Origin: Erysipelotrichaceae bacterium
GTDB taxonomy: Bacteria > Bacillota_I > Bacilli_A > RFN20 > CAG-449
Length of the DNA stretch: 32,544 nucleotides
Direction of reading: 5' to 3'
Assembly (NCBI GenBank): GCA_022772105.1
Contig: JALFBO010000106.1
Location: 1-32,544 of the forward strand
The translations under genes and the position numbers were made by a program. The notes beneath the pieces are model-generated. The model had not been told where the DNA came from. It worked only from the letters and a program-made list of their open reading frames with translations, and ran no database searches. Below are positions 31,443 through 32,544 of this stretch, one piece after another (the first letter of the stretch is position 1; every line of letters begins with the position of its first letter).

Positions 31443-32544
31443 TTATCTTATTTGTTGTTTTTTATATTGATCATAAATTGAAGCTTTCTCACGGGGGCTT
31501 TTCCCAAAAGTATTTTGTGATAAAGTTTTATCCATGTTCTTTTTATTAACAGCGATTTCATAAGTTTGTAAAACTTCATCTAATGCTTCTTTTGAATAAG
31601 GGGCAAGATTTTGATTTTTTCCACTTATAGATAATTCTAAAATCGTATTTACTAGTATTTCTTCGTTTTTTGGATTTTGTTGTTGTATTTTTGTAATTAA
31701 ATCAGCAATATCAAATTTATTATTGCTTATTGTATCTTGTATATATTCCCAAATTTGACCATATACATCATCGATAAAATATTTATTTCTTCTTCGATAA
31801 TCTTCAATTGCTTCATCACTAGTTAAAAGAAAATGCATAATTTGCTTTTCAGCATTTTGAATACGGTTTAAGACTCTTTTAGTTTCTTTTTTCTCAAAGA
31901 ATGCTTTTTGAGTCATTTGATATTCTTCTTTGTCTATATTTTTTTTAACTAAAGAAAGAAGTGTGCTTTTTTCAATCCCTGTATATTGACTAATTTTATT
32001 GATGAAAATATCTTGTTCTAAATTATCATTAATGTTCGATACATAGGATATTAGTTCTGAAGCGAATTTTTTTCTATCTTCAATTGTCTTCAATGGATTT
32101 TCTTTTTTGTAATATTCAAAAACAAAATCATATTTTGAAAATAAATTATTTAATAATTCTTTTAATGCGATAGGACCTTTTCTTCGTAGAATCTCATCTG
32201 GATCATCTTTTATTTCATCATAATTAACAATACGATAATTTAATTGTTCTTTATCAAGTATATCACACATTTTAATCATCGCGTGTTGCCCTGCATCATC
32301 CCCGTCAAGACATAAGCGAATTTCTACATTTAATTTACGTAATAACTTGGCATGAAATGGTGTAAAAGCAGTACCCATCAATGCTACACATGATTTAATA
32401 CCAACCTGATAAAGAGCAAATACATCCATAAATCCTTCTACTACATAGACATATCCCTCTTTTTTTGCTTCGTTTTTAGCATTTTGATAATTATATAATA
32501 TTTTTGATTTATTAAATAAAACTGTATTTGGAGAATTGACATAT
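31443..32544 (-). CDS. dnaG: DNA primase DnaG, C-terminal part (5' end outside window)
   Basis: The frame stays open to the window edge (...YVNSPNTVLFNKSKILYNYQNAKNEAKKEGYVYVVEGFMDV). Toprim motifs EGFMDV and DGDDAGQ are present. The dnaG-sigA operon order is conserved. Confidence 0.9.
   Translation of the reverse strand, partial: YVNSPNTVLFNKSKILYNYQNAKNEAKKEGYVYVVEGFMDVFALYQVGIKSCVALMGTAFTPFHAKLLRKLNVEIRLCLDGDDAGQHAMIKMCDILDKEQLNYRIVNYDEIKDDPDEILRRKGPIALKELLNNLFSKYDFVFEYYKKENPLKTIEDRKKFASELISYVSNINDNLEQDIFINKISQYTGIEKSTLLSLVKKNIDKEEYQMTQKAFFEKKETKRVLNRIQNAEKQIMHFLLTSDEAIEDYRRRNKYFIDDVYGQIWEYIQDTISNNKFDIADLITKIQQQNPKNEEILVNTILELSISGKNQNLAPYSKEALDEVLQTYEIAVNKKNMDKTLSQNTFGKSPREKASIYDQYKKQQIR

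Noticed and set aside
1-32544. CRISPR arrays, IS elements or transposases, prophage or integrase cassettes, toxin-antitoxin or defence islands, rRNA or tRNA genes
   Set aside because: I found no spaced direct repeats of CRISPR type, no inverted-repeat-bounded elements and no GC-rich structured-RNA islands. The only recombinase is the housekeeping xerD in its conserved context.
1-32544. Mollicutes-style UGA-to-Trp recoding, given the extreme AT content and the Mollicutes-like EF-P loop
   Set aside because: All supported CDSs are complete under the standard code. Trp is encoded by TGG where I checked, and no CDS needs read-through of TGA.

Overview
This is a very AT-rich chromosomal segment from a low-GC Bacillota (Firmicutes) genome. 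Gene order mirrors the Bacillus subtilis spo0A, yqe, yne and yqf neighbourhoods, and an Erysipelotrichia-like lineage is possible but unproven. I support 34 protein genes, almost all tightly packed housekeeping functions. They are recN(partial)-spoIVB-spo0A-dinB-xerD-deoB-lipoprotein (+), yqeG-yqeH-yhbY-nadD::yqeK-rsfS-mtnN (-), sigK (+), parE-parC (-), plsY (+), rpmG-MBL hydrolase-membrane protein-efp-spoIIIAH-like-yneF (-), ispG-yqfT-like (+), apt-relA-pseudouridine synthase-hisS-cshB (-), yqfQ-like (+) and dnaG(partial)-sigA-trmK (-). I saw no rRNA, tRNA, CRISPR array, IS element or prophage, so no self-contained new multi-gene system is evident. The observations worth a second look are listed here, most interesting first.
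1. Spo0A has a nearly invariant DNA-binding domain, but its receiver pocket is rewired: the phospho-acceptor Asp is Glu, the acidic pair DD is NE, and the conserved Thr is Ala.
2. A recurring 11-nt-phased TTAGTATA triplet array lies co-oriented just after the stop codon of four unrelated genes. Three of the loci share a 15-nt identical core.
3. A lone spoIIIAH-like gene sits directly after efp with no spoIIIAA-AG. The window otherwise holds a patchy sporulation set (spoIVB, spo0A, uninterrupted pro-sigK).
4. EF-P lacks the conserved KPGKG modification loop.
5. ParC carries a C-terminal clamp-binding-like KLSLF motif.
6. Two convergent gene pairs overlap at their stop codons, with terminators embedded inside the opposing CDS.
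7. sigK has no Shine-Dalgarno sequence, and a CATATAAT box is placed where a leaderless mRNA would start.
8. About 230 bp between two convergent terminators is unexplained. It contains a consensus 0A box, a sigma-A-like promoter and a C-rich tract.
Everything rests on reading the sequence by eye. Family assignments come from remembered motifs and remembered B. subtilis sequences, not from searches.
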